A stretch of DNA of 64,000 nt, from assembly GCA_958295675.1 (NCBI GenBank), contig OY282360.1, positions 52,133 to 116,132 of the forward strand, in the 5' to 3' direction. Below, piece by piece: positions 20,691 to 31,332 of the stretch. The position numbers and the translations under genes were made by a program. Each line of letters starts with the position of its first letter. The first letter of the stretch is position 1. The notes beneath the pieces were generated by a model, which was not told the origin of the DNA, made no database searches, and saw only the letters and a program-made list of their open reading frames with translations. This DNA comes from Minisyncoccota bacterium (GTDB taxonomy: Bacteria > Patescibacteriota > Minisyncoccia > Phycocordibacterales > JABAAK01).

Positions 20691-21595
20691 TTTTCAGACG
20701 AAACACCTGATTGCAGTGAATTCACAACAGATAGTGCGATATTGATAAATGCGTTACGAGCCCCCTCTGTAGTCGGATCTTGAATATGTTGGAACATTTT
20801 TCCTGTAGTAAGCAGCTTGATCGCATAAAAATAGTTTTCCGCGGTATTGGATGCAACAGCGACATCAAGAGCTTCACAAAGATAGGTTATTCTCTCCAAA
20901 ATAAGATAATACGATTCATATACATCATTCGGCACATTTCTCGGTATAGTTTTCAGTGTAAAATCACATGCCGCTTGAACTCTTTTTGTGTCGGGAGACA
21001 CCGCGGTATTTTTTGCGAAAATCTCAAATACAAGATCGCCTATCGGTTGTTTTTCTTTAGAAAAAGATTGGAGTGCAAGCAGAAACTCACTCAGTACCAT
21101 CTCTCGGGAAACTGTGTTGTCAATATTCAAATGAACACGAGGCAAACCGCGCCGCTCAACCCGTTTCAGAAAATAGTCAGTGGATATATCAACAAATTGA
21201 TCTTTTTCTTCCGGAGAAACCTCAGAACCGTCAATATCACCCAGCAAGAACCTCATTACAATATCCTCAGTGAACTCCCCCGGACCGCCATACAACAATT
21301 CGTTAACGGTTATATTCTTGGTCAAGGCAATATCTTTGTGATACGGAAAAGAAGAGGCATTCAACGGATCGGATTCGGTGATATCTTCAAGCCAATCAGG
21401 AACACCATCACCATCACTGTCTGATTCTGTTGTGTGGGTTTCAAGACGAATACCGTGTTCGTCCAATTGGGATGTTGGCGTAGATTTCGAGAAAAAAATA
21501 ATAAGGAACACTGCGGCAAAAAAGATAAACAGCAACGCGATTCGTTTGCGAACAAGGGGTATGTTTTTAGGAAGTAATCGCATACCGTACAGCAA
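20687..21595 (-). CDS. Membrane-anchored hypothetical protein (first gene of the T4SS-like operon)
   Basis: 302 aa; N-terminal TM IALLFIFFAAVFLIIFF; acidic DSDGDGVPDW stretch. Confidence 0.55.
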   Translation of the reverse strand: MLYGMRLLPKNIPLVRKRIALLFIFFAAVFLIIFFSKSTPTSQLDEHGIRLETHTTESDSDGDGVPDWLEDITESDPLNASSFPYHKDIALTKNITVNELLYGGPGEFTEDIVMRFLLGDIDGSEVSPEEKDQFVDISTDYFLKRVERRGLPRVHLNIDNTVSREMVLSEFLLALQSFSKEKQPIGDLVFEIFAKNTAVSPDTKRVQAACDFTLKTIPRNVPNDVYESYYLILERITYLCEALDVAVASNTAENYFYAIKLLTTGKMFQHIQDPTTEGARNAFINIALSVVNSLQSGVSSEN

Positions 21596-21617
21596 TCATG
21601 GTACCATAATATGCATA

Positions 21618-22016
21618 ATGATATACTCAATATTCAATAGATTGTCTGCGAAAAAAACTATCGTTGCATTTTTTTGTTTTTTTTGTGTAGCACTGACTCC
21701 AATGACAGTACAGATGCAGGGTGTGTTGGATAATGAAGGCGGGCCGATTTTGGTATCCATTCCGTGCATATCCTCCGGTCCGTTCTTCGGTCCTGCTTTT
21801 TGGACGGTGAAACTTTCGTATCACGGTGTACCAATCCCAAAGACAATAATTTATCCGTGGCTTCCAGGTGCTGTTACAAAAATGTCGTTTCTACCAGCAA
21901 CTGTTGGCACTAAAACACTAGGGCATTCGTTTCCGACTGGTGTTTGTTATGCAGGATATACAGTGTTGACCGGCATGATGAGTGTTCAACACGGTATCGC
22001 GCCTTCCTCTTTGTAA
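21618..22016 (+). CDS. Small secreted hypothetical protein
   Basis: ~132 aa from ATG at 21618 with signal peptide (KKTIVAFFCFFCVALTP); opposite strand to flanking genes. Confidence 0.4.
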   Translation: MIYSIFNRLSAKKTIVAFFCFFCVALTPMTVQMQGVLDNEGGPILVSIPCISSGPFFGPAFWTVKLSYHGVPIPKTIIYPWLPGAVTKMSFLPATVGTKTLGHSFPTGVCYAGYTVLTGMMSVQHGIAPSSL

Positions 22017-22031
22017 CATATTACATACAGA

Positions 22032-22796
22032 TTAACCTGTTTTTTCGCGCGCGGTATCCAGCCACACAGCAAACGGCACATTCTCAGCACGGGCGGTGCG
22101 GTCAATGCTGTGTGCGGTTAAAATACGCTGTATTTGCGGTTCATTGTCAAATTTTTTAAACACATTCTTCCGTTTTTCATGGAAGGCAATATGTACAATT
22201 CTGAAAAATTCATCTTGAACCTCTTGCGATCGCGTACATATATCCGTTATAGTCACAAGCGCGGAATCTACAGCAGGAGGGGGTGAAAATGCGTTCGGTT
22301 GTATAGTCATGCCGTAGTGTGCTACACCAAAAAATTGCACAGAAAGCGAGAGAATGGATTCCTTGCCGTCTCTTTTTGTGATGCGTTCTGCTATCTCCCT
22401 CTGCACCACCAGTGCCATCGCGTTCGGCGGATGTGAATGTGTGAGCAGATCTCTGATAAGAAATCCGGTAAGGTAGTATGGAATGTTCGCGATAACGACA
22501 TAGGGTGTGTGCTGCACAAAGTCAACCCATCCTTCATCCCGCACATCGCCATGGTGGAGTACAAATGTTCCGTTTGCCACAGCATCAGCAAATCGTTCTT
22601 TCAATACAGAACAGAGTCCGCCATCTTTTTCAATCGCAAAAACTGTCCGTTTCTTCATCAGCAAATATTCCGTTAGTGCCCCCTTGCCGGGCCCAATTTC
22701 AACAATAACAGTATTATTCGGAACCGGCAGTGCGCGAGCGACGGCCTGCAGCACAGTTCGGGATCGCAGAAAATGTTGTCCGAGTTTCTTTCTCAC
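22032..22796 (-). CDS. rsmA: 16S rRNA (adenine1518/1519-N6)-dimethyltransferase
   Basis: LGQHFL, SAM-binding EIGPGKGALT, catalytic ANIPY motifs. Confidence 0.9.
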   Translation of the reverse strand: MRKKLGQHFLRSRTVLQAVARALPVPNNTVIVEIGPGKGALTEYLLMKKRTVFAIEKDGGLCSVLKERFADAVANGTFVLHHGDVRDEGWVDFVQHTPYVVIANIPYYLTGFLIRDLLTHSHPPNAMALVVQREIAERITKRDGKESILSLSVQFFGVAHYGMTIQPNAFSPPPAVDSALVTITDICTRSQEVQDEFFRIVHIAFHEKRKNVFKKFDNEPQIQRILTAHSIDRTARAENVPFAVWLDTAREKTG

Positions 22797-22797
22797 A

Positions 22798-24693
22798 TTA
22801 CCATTGTATATCTTCGGCGCTATTTTCGCCTGTTTCCGTATGATGAGTACTGTTTGCGGTAGGTGTTGTTGTGAGTAAGTGTTCCGGAATGTCGCTCAGG
22901 AAGGAGGACGGGTGCCTATTCTCATACCCTCCGAACACACCTCGCCGTCGCGCGAACGAACAGGACAAGGTGTCTTTCGCACGGGTCATGGCGACATAGC
23001 AAAGCCGTCGCTCTTCCTCCGGATCGTGAGTTGCGAATTCATCGCGCAGGAACGGAAATAATCCTTCTTCCATGCCGGCGATGAAGACATGGGGAAACTC
23101 AAGACCTTTCGCCGCGTGTACGGTCATGAGGCGCACGGTTTGCTTGTTAGTTGTACGCAGGGTGTCCTGATCGCTAACAAGCGCGACTTCTGCTAATAAT
23201 TGCGCGATACCGTCCGTGCCGGACAGGTGTGAAAAACGCTCGGCGAATACGATAAACTCGCGAACTTCATACATACGGTCTTCAGGATTATCAAATGTTT
23301 TGGTTAAATATGTTTTATAATCCAAGAAAGAGACGAGTTCACGCAGTACATGCGCGACCGGATGATGTTGCGCGAGTTCAGTAACCCGAGTGATATCAAA
23401 TCGTAACGCGGCAACTTTTGCTGAAATACCGGCGGACAGCAGGTGTTCCTCTTTGTTAAAAATGCGTTCCAGTGTTCGCGCGCCGATGCCGCGTTTCGGT
23501 GCGTTTGAAGCGCGTACAAACGCTTCCTGTGAAGCGGGATTCTGCACAAGAGTAAGATAAGCCAGTAAATCTTTTATTTCCGCGCGGTCAAAGAATCTTG
23601 CCCCCAACACAGTGTACGGTATGCGATTGGTGATCATGTGTGTTTCAAGGGCGCGCGCCTGAAAATTTACGCGAAATAAGACGGCGATATCACTATATGC
23701 GGCACCTTCGTTGCACAGGCGTATGATTTCCTTGGCGATCAATTCTCCTTCATGCTCTTCATCTTCGGCAGACAGCAGGGTGATAGGCGAGCCATCAGCG
23801 CGGGCGGTCATAAGATTTTTCTCCTGCCTGAAGACATTTTTCATAATAATGGCGTTCGCGGCAGCAAGAATATTGCCGGTTGAACGGTAATTTTGTGTCA
23901 GAAAGACGGTTGTTGCGGGTGCATATCGTTCTGTGAATCCGAGCATATTATGCACGCTCGCTCCTCGCCACGAGTAGATAGTTTGATCAGTGTCTCCGAC
24001 TGCGATAATACGGGTTTTCTCCCCTTTCAATAGCGCAACCAACTGATTCTGCAGGGTGTCGGTGTCCTGAAATTCGTCAACCAGAATGTAGGTGTAACGA
24101 TTCCGGACATGTTCGCGCACACGCGTTTCTTTTTGCAGCAGGGTAACTGTTTTGATAATAAGATCATCAAAATCAAGCGCGTGTTCATTCTGCATGGCAA
24201 GCGTGTATACCGGCAGCAGGTGCTCTGCCGTGTTCATAGTGTCACTTTCATCCTCTGCGGCAAGTCCTGTTTTGAGACGACCTATGGCATGCTGCATGGC
24301 GCGCGGTGTATAGTCGGTTATGCCTTCCTGTTTCATACACCGCTTTATCAGCCGTCGGCATGCATCCCGGTCAAAAATAATAAAATTGTTCGGCACCTTC
24401 GCTTCAACAGGAAATTCACGCAACAGTGACACACAGAACGAATGAAAAGTGCCGACAAACGGCACTTTGCCCGCGGTGAATCGTGCATGAACCCGGCCGC
24501 GCATCTCATCCGCCGCTTTGTTGGTGAATGTCAACGCGAGAACGGTATGTCCCGGTATGCCGTTTTGTAGTAGGCGGATAATTTTTTCCACCAATACATA
24601 TGTTTTTCCGGTACCGGCACCGGCAACAATTAACAATGAAGAGTCATTTGTTGCGATTGCCTTTTGTTGCTCTGTATTGTGTTCTGATTGCAT
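22798..24693 (-). CDS. ATP-dependent DNA helicase UvrD/PcrA family
   Basis: 631 aa; Walker A AGAGTGKT; LALTFTNKAADEM (helicase motif Ia), DEFQDT, later SF1 motifs. Confidence 0.9.
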   Translation of the reverse strand: MQSEHNTEQQKAIATNDSSLLIVAGAGTGKTYVLVEKIIRLLQNGIPGHTVLALTFTNKAADEMRGRVHARFTAGKVPFVGTFHSFCVSLLREFPVEAKVPNNFIIFDRDACRRLIKRCMKQEGITDYTPRAMQHAIGRLKTGLAAEDESDTMNTAEHLLPVYTLAMQNEHALDFDDLIIKTVTLLQKETRVREHVRNRYTYILVDEFQDTDTLQNQLVALLKGEKTRIIAVGDTDQTIYSWRGASVHNMLGFTERYAPATTVFLTQNYRSTGNILAAANAIIMKNVFRQEKNLMTARADGSPITLLSAEDEEHEGELIAKEIIRLCNEGAAYSDIAVLFRVNFQARALETHMITNRIPYTVLGARFFDRAEIKDLLAYLTLVQNPASQEAFVRASNAPKRGIGARTLERIFNKEEHLLSAGISAKVAALRFDITRVTELAQHHPVAHVLRELVSFLDYKTYLTKTFDNPEDRMYEVREFIVFAERFSHLSGTDGIAQLLAEVALVSDQDTLRTTNKQTVRLMTVHAAKGLEFPHVFIAGMEEGLFPFLRDEFATHDPEEERRLCYVAMTRAKDTLSCSFARRRGVFGGYENRHPSSFLSDIPEHLLTTTPTANSTHHTETGENSAEDIQW

Positions 24694-24967
24694 AGACAGA
24701 CACAGTATACATATTGTGGATTACTGCTGTTGCGTGAAATAAGTTACATTGGTACAATAACAACATAATTCGTTATGAAAAATTCATCAGGAACAGCCAA
24801 GTCACGGCGAAAACTGACAATGCTGCAGGTCTCTGTGATCATGATAGTAGTACTATTGTTTATTGCATGGAGTGTGAGCAGTATGATTACATACGGCAGC
24901 GACCGTCGTCCAAGTGAGGATTTATTTCTCAATTCACAAACAGTACAGGTAATGCAGGTGTAGGCAA

Positions 24968-26509
24968 CTACAAAGATGGCGGCACTCGGTAACTGACCGC
25001 TTCAAAAATATGGTCCGGCAGTATAGATTCACTATTTTCCATATCGGCGATAGTGCGCGCGCATTTCATGGTGCGATGATACCCGCGCGGAGAAAGCGAC
25101 ATTTTTACCGCGGCCTGCTGCAGCACAGATGCCGCTTCTGAAGAGATTGAAATATATTGTTCAATACCATCAGCATCAATTTCGTTATTTAGGTTGATAG
25201 GTGTGCCATCATATCGCTGTCGCTGCGCTTCCCGCGCCTCCCAAACCGCTTGTTTCACAGTATCACAGCGTGCCAAGTCGTCGGTATTCTGTGCCGACCC
25301 AAGCTCCTCAAATCCGGTTGCCTCAACAGAGACCCACACATCAATGCGGTCTACAATCGGACCTGTGAGTTTTTTTCGGTAGGACTGTTTTGTCGCAGGC
25401 GAGCAGGTGCACACCTTGTCTGTTCCGGTGTTGCCGCATGGACACAAGTTGAAAGCGATGACAAGTATACAGGATGCAGGAAAAGTGGCGATACCGCTGG
25501 ATCTGGTGATGGTGATGGAGTGTTCCTCAAGCGGTTCCCTGAGCGATTCTATAACCCGTCGGTCAAATTCGGGAAATTCATCCATAAATAAAACTCCGCG
25601 ATGCGCGAGGGATATTTCTCCGGGTCGTATCACAGTTCCACCGCCGATAACTGAAGTGTGGGATGAGGTGTGATGCGGATTTCTGAAAGGGGGTGTGCCG
25701 ATCGGGTCGGTTACATTTCTAGTGATAGAGTGCAATGCGGTAACTTCCACACACTCATCTTTGGTCAGTGGTGGAAGAATGGAGACAAGGGACCGCGCGA
25801 GCAGGGTTTTTCCGGTGCCGGGAGGTCCGTACAGAGCAATATTATGTCCGCCGGCACCGGCAACCGCAAGCGCCCGTTTCACACTTTCCTGTCCTTTAAT
25901 TGAAGTAAAGTTGATACTGTTTTCTGGCAGTGGAGGTGGTGTATATATGTGTGTAACGGGTTCAATACACTTTTCACCGCTCAAGTGAGTGATGATATCG
26001 CCGAGAGACATGCAGGGAAATATGGTTATACCGTCTATAAGCGCCGCTTCTTCGGCATTTGTTGCGGGAATGTATATTTCCGGAAACCCTTCTTGTTTTG
26101 CATGCTGCAACAGCGGCAGCATACCGACCGCCTTTTCCAGATTTCCATCCAATGTCAGTTCTCCAACAAATAATTTGCCTTCAGGGTTAAAATGAATATT
26201 TTTATTCGCAAGCAGATAGGTGAGTGCTATCGGCACATCAAACAATGTTCCTGTTTTGCGAAGTTCGCCCGGCGAAAGTGAAACAATAACTTTTTGATTA
26301 TTCCGTTCCGGCGGTATGAATCCAGCATGCTTGATCGCGGCGGAAACACGCCCGCGTGCTTCATCAACCGCCTTGTCCGGAAGACCGATGATTGAAAATG
26401 CGTACACACCCGGTGTTATGTCAGCTTCAACTCGGACAGTGCGCGCGGTAAGAGAAACGCGTTGCGCGCTGTATGTGTACGCGTGAAGTTTTTTCCGGTC
26501 GGTCTGCAT
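24968..26509 (-). CDS. comM: Mg-chelatase-like AAA+ ATPase ComM/YifB
   Basis: 513 aa; N-terminal Lon-like substrate domain (IIGLPDKAVDEARGRV), AAA+ core GPPGTGKT, C-terminal Mg-chelatase helical domain. Confidence 0.85.
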   Translation of the reverse strand: MQTDRKKLHAYTYSAQRVSLTARTVRVEADITPGVYAFSIIGLPDKAVDEARGRVSAAIKHAGFIPPERNNQKVIVSLSPGELRKTGTLFDVPIALTYLLANKNIHFNPEGKLFVGELTLDGNLEKAVGMLPLLQHAKQEGFPEIYIPATNAEEAALIDGITIFPCMSLGDIITHLSGEKCIEPVTHIYTPPPLPENSINFTSIKGQESVKRALAVAGAGGHNIALYGPPGTGKTLLARSLVSILPPLTKDECVEVTALHSITRNVTDPIGTPPFRNPHHTSSHTSVIGGGTVIRPGEISLAHRGVLFMDEFPEFDRRVIESLREPLEEHSITITRSSGIATFPASCILVIAFNLCPCGNTGTDKVCTCSPATKQSYRKKLTGPIVDRIDVWVSVEATGFEELGSAQNTDDLARCDTVKQAVWEAREAQRQRYDGTPINLNNEIDADGIEQYISISSEAASVLQQAAVKMSLSPRGYHRTMKCARTIADMENSESILPDHIFEAVSYRVPPSL

Positions 26510-26515
26510 AGAGTA

Positions 26516-28423
26516 TTATTGTGCGTTCGCTGAACGAATGCGGTTATTTATCTCCACAATTGCCTCCTCATTGCCGACAATAAACACAAGGATTGAACGG
26601 TTGAAGAAGTAGTACATCAAACGATACTCGCTTTTCGGGTTCTTTAGAATACGCACCTCTTTATTATCTATTAATCTCGTTTCAACAGAGGTGTTTTCCG
26701 TATTCGCGGATTGGATTGTGTTCGGAAATACATTGCTGAACGCGTTCAGCGCGTTCTTTTCCCAGTTGAGCATCCAAACAAGCGCGTCTCCATATCGTTC
26801 CACACCAACAATAAATACACCGTTCGCGCTCGTATTTGTGGTGTAATTGCCGGTGAAATACCAACCGCGCAATGTTTCAAGCAAACCGTTCGGCAGATTC
26901 ATGGTAAACAATCTTGAGAACTCCTCCAATGAGAGCAGAACATTCTGGTCTTCACGAATTGCATAAGGAATAAATTTGCTGATAGTGTATTGCTGACCGG
27001 CATTCCGTGTGATACCGTTCCAATCTTCAATTGCTGTGGTGATATCGACAGCAACCTGCCGCTCACTGATGATAACATCGGAAGATGGTTGTATTTCTTC
27101 CGGGGCAATAATACCGGAAGTTTCATTCGGACGGGTCGCTATAGAAATAATGACCACAACCAGTCCGACCAGAATAAGTAATACAATCAGTATCGCGACA
27201 ACACTTTGTTTCTGTATAATGATATTTTTCGGCGGGTGTACATCATATGACCGCACATCCCGTGTTTCAAATCCCTGTTCGCGTAACCGCTCTTTTTTCT
27301 CAGAAAATTCCTGCCATTTCTTTCGCATACTTTCTTTCTCAATCACCTCCTCTTGTTGTTGCTGCATGATCAGCTGTTCCGCTTCACTAAATGATTCTCG
27401 GCGTTTGCCGACATTGCGCAGCCATGCGAACATACCCGGCTTTTTAGGTAATTGTCCGGCGGTCTCCTGCGGAGCGGTTTCAATAGGGGCTGATGTTTTG
27501 TTTGTCTGAACTATGGATGCACCCAACGGCTGCGCGTTCATGGAAGGTTGTGTCGGTGCGGATTGTTCGGCGGCTGTTTCCGGCAATCGATCTCTTATCT
27601 CATCAACAGTCACAGTGTTCGGTTTTGTGCTTTTTTGTATGCTGTCCGAATCTGAACCATCCGCGACTGCATCGCTTGCGATATTCTGTTTCTCTGCTGC
27701 CGGAAACGGTTCAACATCTTTCATGTAGTCAGCCGCTCCCGCAATGGATTTTGTGATGTGCTCTTTATGTATATCTTGCTCCGTCTGTTCCGGTTTTCCC
27801 GTCTCTTTTTCCTTCCGCGACCATTTTTTCATGAGGTTTCGCTGTTCATCTTTCAGAACAGCGGATTCTTTCATAAGTTCACGCACATTCTGCCGGTATG
27901 TTTCCTGTGCTTTCTTTTTTTCTTCCATCTCGCGAGCAAGCACAGTTCGCAGTTCAGTACCTCCGGTCGTTTTTGCAACCTGCTGACTGTCGCCCCTATA
28001 TGTTCTGAGTGTCGGAATATGGATCACTTTCTTTTTTTCTTCAGGTGCAGCACCCTCTGTACTTGGGGAGGGTTCAGGAAAGCTTTTCGGACCGGATACT
28101 TTTTTTAAAGAACTTTCAGTTTCTACTGTCGGACCATCGGATGCGGATACCGCATGAGAATCAGCGGTACGATGGTCGGGCGGCACCTCATCCGCAATCG
28201 GCGCGTTCATCTGACTTGTATCACCACCTTGTTCTGATGGCGTTTCAGCAGCCACTGATTCAGGCGGTTTCTTTGATGCACCTGCATGTTGTGCGGTCAA
28301 CGCATTGTTTTTTGTCTGTGCGGACTCATTTGATCTCTCCACAGCGGAGTCGTCGGCTTGTTTTGCAGAACCCGGGATATCAAATTCACGCTTTACTATC
28401 TCTTTGTTGTCTTCTTCCTCCAT
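26516..28423 (-). CDS. Hypothetical membrane protein (long disordered N-terminal region, one TM, C-terminal globular domain)
   Basis: 635 aa; low-complexity charged N-terminal ~400 aa, TM VVAILIVLLILVGLVVVIISIA, ~200 aa C-terminal domain. Confidence 0.55.
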   Translation of the reverse strand: MEEEDNKEIVKREFDIPGSAKQADDSAVERSNESAQTKNNALTAQHAGASKKPPESVAAETPSEQGGDTSQMNAPIADEVPPDHRTADSHAVSASDGPTVETESSLKKVSGPKSFPEPSPSTEGAAPEEKKKVIHIPTLRTYRGDSQQVAKTTGGTELRTVLAREMEEKKKAQETYRQNVRELMKESAVLKDEQRNLMKKWSRKEKETGKPEQTEQDIHKEHITKSIAGAADYMKDVEPFPAAEKQNIASDAVADGSDSDSIQKSTKPNTVTVDEIRDRLPETAAEQSAPTQPSMNAQPLGASIVQTNKTSAPIETAPQETAGQLPKKPGMFAWLRNVGKRRESFSEAEQLIMQQQQEEVIEKESMRKKWQEFSEKKERLREQGFETRDVRSYDVHPPKNIIIQKQSVVAILIVLLILVGLVVVIISIATRPNETSGIIAPEEIQPSSDVIISERQVAVDITTAIEDWNGITRNAGQQYTISKFIPYAIREDQNVLLSLEEFSRLFTMNLPNGLLETLRGWYFTGNYTTNTSANGVFIVGVERYGDALVWMLNWEKNALNAFSNVFPNTIQSANTENTSVETRLIDNKEVRILKNPKSEYRLMYYFFNRSILVFIVGNEEAIVEINNRIRSANAQ

Positions 28424-28509
28424 ACCAGTGAATATGATACCTCATTCCGAGCGAAAGAACGGTACAAATAAAATAATTGACGCATGTGATTAGTTGTTCG
28501 GGTTGTATG

Positions 28510-30690
28510 TTAACGCCGCCTGCCTCGTGGCCGTCTTGTTTGTCTCTGTACATTTCCGCTTCGCCCTTTGCGCTGACTTTCTTTCGGTTGTTGTTTGATA
28601 AGCGCGTCAAAGAATGAAGGATCACGATCCTTGATACTCAGAGCAATGCGTCCGTCCGGACGAATTTCTTTTACTATCACAGGTACAGTGTCTCCAACCG
28701 CAACAATATCCTCAAGTGTATTCACCCGGGATGGAGAGAACTCGGAAATATGCACCATGCCGTCCTTGTTTGGTGTCATTTCAACAAACGCGCCGAATTC
28801 AATGATACTTTTAATTTTTCCTTCTAATGTATCTCCAACCTCAAACGAGCGGGTCATATTTGTTATCTGCGTAACAGCCGCAGTGACACAGTCCTTTTTA
28901 CCGCCCACTGTGACGGTGCCGTCATCATCAATATCAATACTATCAACACCGGTGTCAGCGCGCAGCGCTTTAACAGTTTTTCCGCCGGAACCGATTACCA
29001 AACCAATCGTGTCGGGATCAATAGTAACAGTTTGTATGTATGGCGCATACGGAGACATTTCACTTCTCGGTTCGGCAATCGCTTCGGCAATGGTTTCCAG
29101 TATAGTCATGCGTGCAGCACGCCCTTTTTCAAGTGCTTCATCAAGAATGTCCGGCGTAATGCCTTCAACTTTCACATCCATCTGTATCGCGGTAATGCCG
29201 TTTTTAGTGCCGGCAACCTTGAAATCCATATCGCCATAGTGGTCTTCAGGTCCCTGAATATCAGTCAACACCTTGTAGGTGTCACCGTGATGCATTAATC
29301 CGATAGCAATTCCGGCAACAGGTGCTGTGATAGGCACACCGCCATCCATCAGCGCGAGAGTTGAGGCGCACACAGATCCCATAGAAGTGGATCCATTGGA
29401 GGAGAAGCATTCGGAAACCAGCCGCATAGTGTACGGAAAATCATCCTGTGACGGTAGTGTGTAGCGCAGTGCCTTCTCCGCGAGTGCACCGTGTCCGATT
29501 TCTCGACGCCTCGGATTGCCGACCCGTCCGGTCTCACCTGTAGAGAATGGCGGAAAATTGTAGTGGTGCATGAATCGTTCGTTCGCATCCGGATCTTCAA
29601 CAGTGTTCAGTGCCAGCGCATCGCCGGGACTGCCGAGTGTTAATGCGGTGAATATGTGCGTTCCGCCGCGGTAAAAAATACCGGTGCCGTGTAAGCGCGG
29701 AGACACGCCGCCTGCCTGCGCGTACAACTGCCGAACCTCATCAAGAGCGCGACCGTCAACGCGCCGATTGTTTTCTACCGCTTCGGCGTGAATAAGATCA
29801 TCAATTGTTTTTTCAAAGTGCGCCTCGGCAAGCCGCCGTTCGGAAATGTCATCAATATGATCCCGGACAACCGCTCTCCATTCGCGCTCAAGTGTATGCA
29901 CATTCGTTCCCGGGTCAAATAAATTTTCTTTCAGTGTCGGCAGCGCGTGTTCCTTAAACAGGCGTCTGGTGTCGGCAGATATTTCCCGATTAGTAAGAAC
30001 TGTCTTCTCTTTGCCAATTTCTTTAATGATCCCATCTTGAAATTCCTGTAATTGTGTGATGATGGTCAGCGCATCCTTGCTCACCTGCTTCAGGTCTGTT
30101 TCCGGAACCTCTTTCCCCTCCATCTCAACCATGGTGATGCAGTTATCCTTACCGCACAGAAGAAAATGGTCTGTGCAGTCCCTCCCTTCCTCAAACGGTG
30201 TGAACACCTTCCAGTTATTTTTTGTATTGACATAGCGAACAGCAGAAACAGGACCGTTCCACGGAATGGATGAAGTGCCGAGCGCGAGTGATGCCCCAAT
30301 AACGGCAAGGACATCAGGATTATACATACCGAATGACAGCACGGTTGCGATGACCTGCACCTCGTTGCGCAGGTCTTTCGGAAACAGTGGTCGGATGGTG
30401 CGGTCAATGATTCTGGCGTTCAAAGTAGCTTCCTGTGACGGTCTTCCTTCCCGGCGCATAAAACGGCTGCCGAGAATAGCTCCGACAGAATAGAAGCGTT
30501 CCTCAAATTCAACAGATAGTGGAAAGTAGTCCTGAGACGCCTCATGATCTTCCATAACAGCAGTAACAAACACAACAGTATCACCGGCGCTGACCAATAC
30601 GGATCCATGCGCATGTTCCGCCATGTCAGTGAATGATGCGGTAATGGTTGTATCGCCCACGGTTGTCGTAAATTCTTGTTTTTTCTGCAT
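28510..30690 (-). CDS. pnp: Polyribonucleotide nucleotidyltransferase (PNPase)
   Basis: 726 aa; two RNase PH-like domains, KH and S1 C-terminal domains, basic tail; rpsO upstream. Confidence 0.95.
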   Translation of the reverse strand: MQKKQEFTTTVGDTTITASFTDMAEHAHGSVLVSAGDTVVFVTAVMEDHEASQDYFPLSVEFEERFYSVGAILGSRFMRREGRPSQEATLNARIIDRTIRPLFPKDLRNEVQVIATVLSFGMYNPDVLAVIGASLALGTSSIPWNGPVSAVRYVNTKNNWKVFTPFEEGRDCTDHFLLCGKDNCITMVEMEGKEVPETDLKQVSKDALTIITQLQEFQDGIIKEIGKEKTVLTNREISADTRRLFKEHALPTLKENLFDPGTNVHTLEREWRAVVRDHIDDISERRLAEAHFEKTIDDLIHAEAVENNRRVDGRALDEVRQLYAQAGGVSPRLHGTGIFYRGGTHIFTALTLGSPGDALALNTVEDPDANERFMHHYNFPPFSTGETGRVGNPRRREIGHGALAEKALRYTLPSQDDFPYTMRLVSECFSSNGSTSMGSVCASTLALMDGGVPITAPVAGIAIGLMHHGDTYKVLTDIQGPEDHYGDMDFKVAGTKNGITAIQMDVKVEGITPDILDEALEKGRAARMTILETIAEAIAEPRSEMSPYAPYIQTVTIDPDTIGLVIGSGGKTVKALRADTGVDSIDIDDDGTVTVGGKKDCVTAAVTQITNMTRSFEVGDTLEGKIKSIIEFGAFVEMTPNKDGMVHISEFSPSRVNTLEDIVAVGDTVPVIVKEIRPDGRIALSIKDRDPSFFDALIKQQPKESQRKGRSGNVQRQTRRPRGRRR

Positions 30691-30696
30691 AAATCG

Positions 30697-31206
30697 TTAT
30701 CGGGGGCGGATAAGGAATTTTCTTGAAGTAACGCATAAATCAACAAAATCGTCAGCAGTCTCCTGTAGTCGCTGCGAGCAGGTTTTACCGAACGCGATCA
30801 CCTCCACCTGACAGCCGAACTTTTTCACATACTCAAGCGCCGGTACAAAATCACCATCACCGGAAACCAATGCAATCACATCAAGTTTGGGCGCCAGCCC
30901 AATCATGTCAATCGCCAATCCGACATCCCAATCGGCTTTCTTTGCATTATCACTGAATATTTGTAAATCTTTGCTTCTTGTTTCAATACCCATATTTACT
31001 AACGCCTCAAGAAACCCGGTTTCCTCCCCGCTCTCAGTGCGGATAACATACGCGATAGCGCGTATAAGGGTGCGGTCGGATACGATTGTTTTCACAACCG
31101 ACTCAAAATTAACCCGCGAATCATAAAGATTTTTCGCGCTGTGATATAAATTTTGAACATCAAGAAAAACACCGACCCGCTGGTTTGGGTGCTTAATAAC
31201 TGTCAT
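30697..31206 (-). CDS. NYN-domain (LabA-like, PIN-like) ribonuclease-family protein
   Basis: GVFLDVQNLY … SGDGDF motifs of NYN/LabA fold; start taken at ATG 31206. Confidence 0.7.
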   Translation of the reverse strand: MTVIKHPNQRVGVFLDVQNLYHSAKNLYDSRVNFESVVKTIVSDRTLIRAIAYVIRTESGEETGFLEALVNMGIETRSKDLQIFSDNAKKADWDVGLAIDMIGLAPKLDVIALVSGDGDFVPALEYVKKFGCQVEVIAFGKTCSQRLQETADDFVDLCVTSRKFLIRPR

Positions 31207-31332
31207 ATATTTTAGAAAAGTAACATGAATAATGTGCAATTACTGACCTGCGCAGAGTGCGGTTGATACGCTCACACACCTTTGAAAAAATGTGCGCAAT
31301 AGGTGTGGAAATATACTTAAAAAACAATATGA

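Noticed and set aside
19747-20745. 332-aa plus-strand ORF with repeated CRATHSASVS blocks
   Set aside because: It is the antisense shadow of the minus-strand 833-aa repeat protein, which has the signal anchor, operon context and start/stop coupling.
24775-24963. 62-aa plus-strand ORF with one TM helix between uvrD and comM
   Set aside because: Plausible small protein but no RBS or other support and it lies in a divergent-promoter-sized gap.
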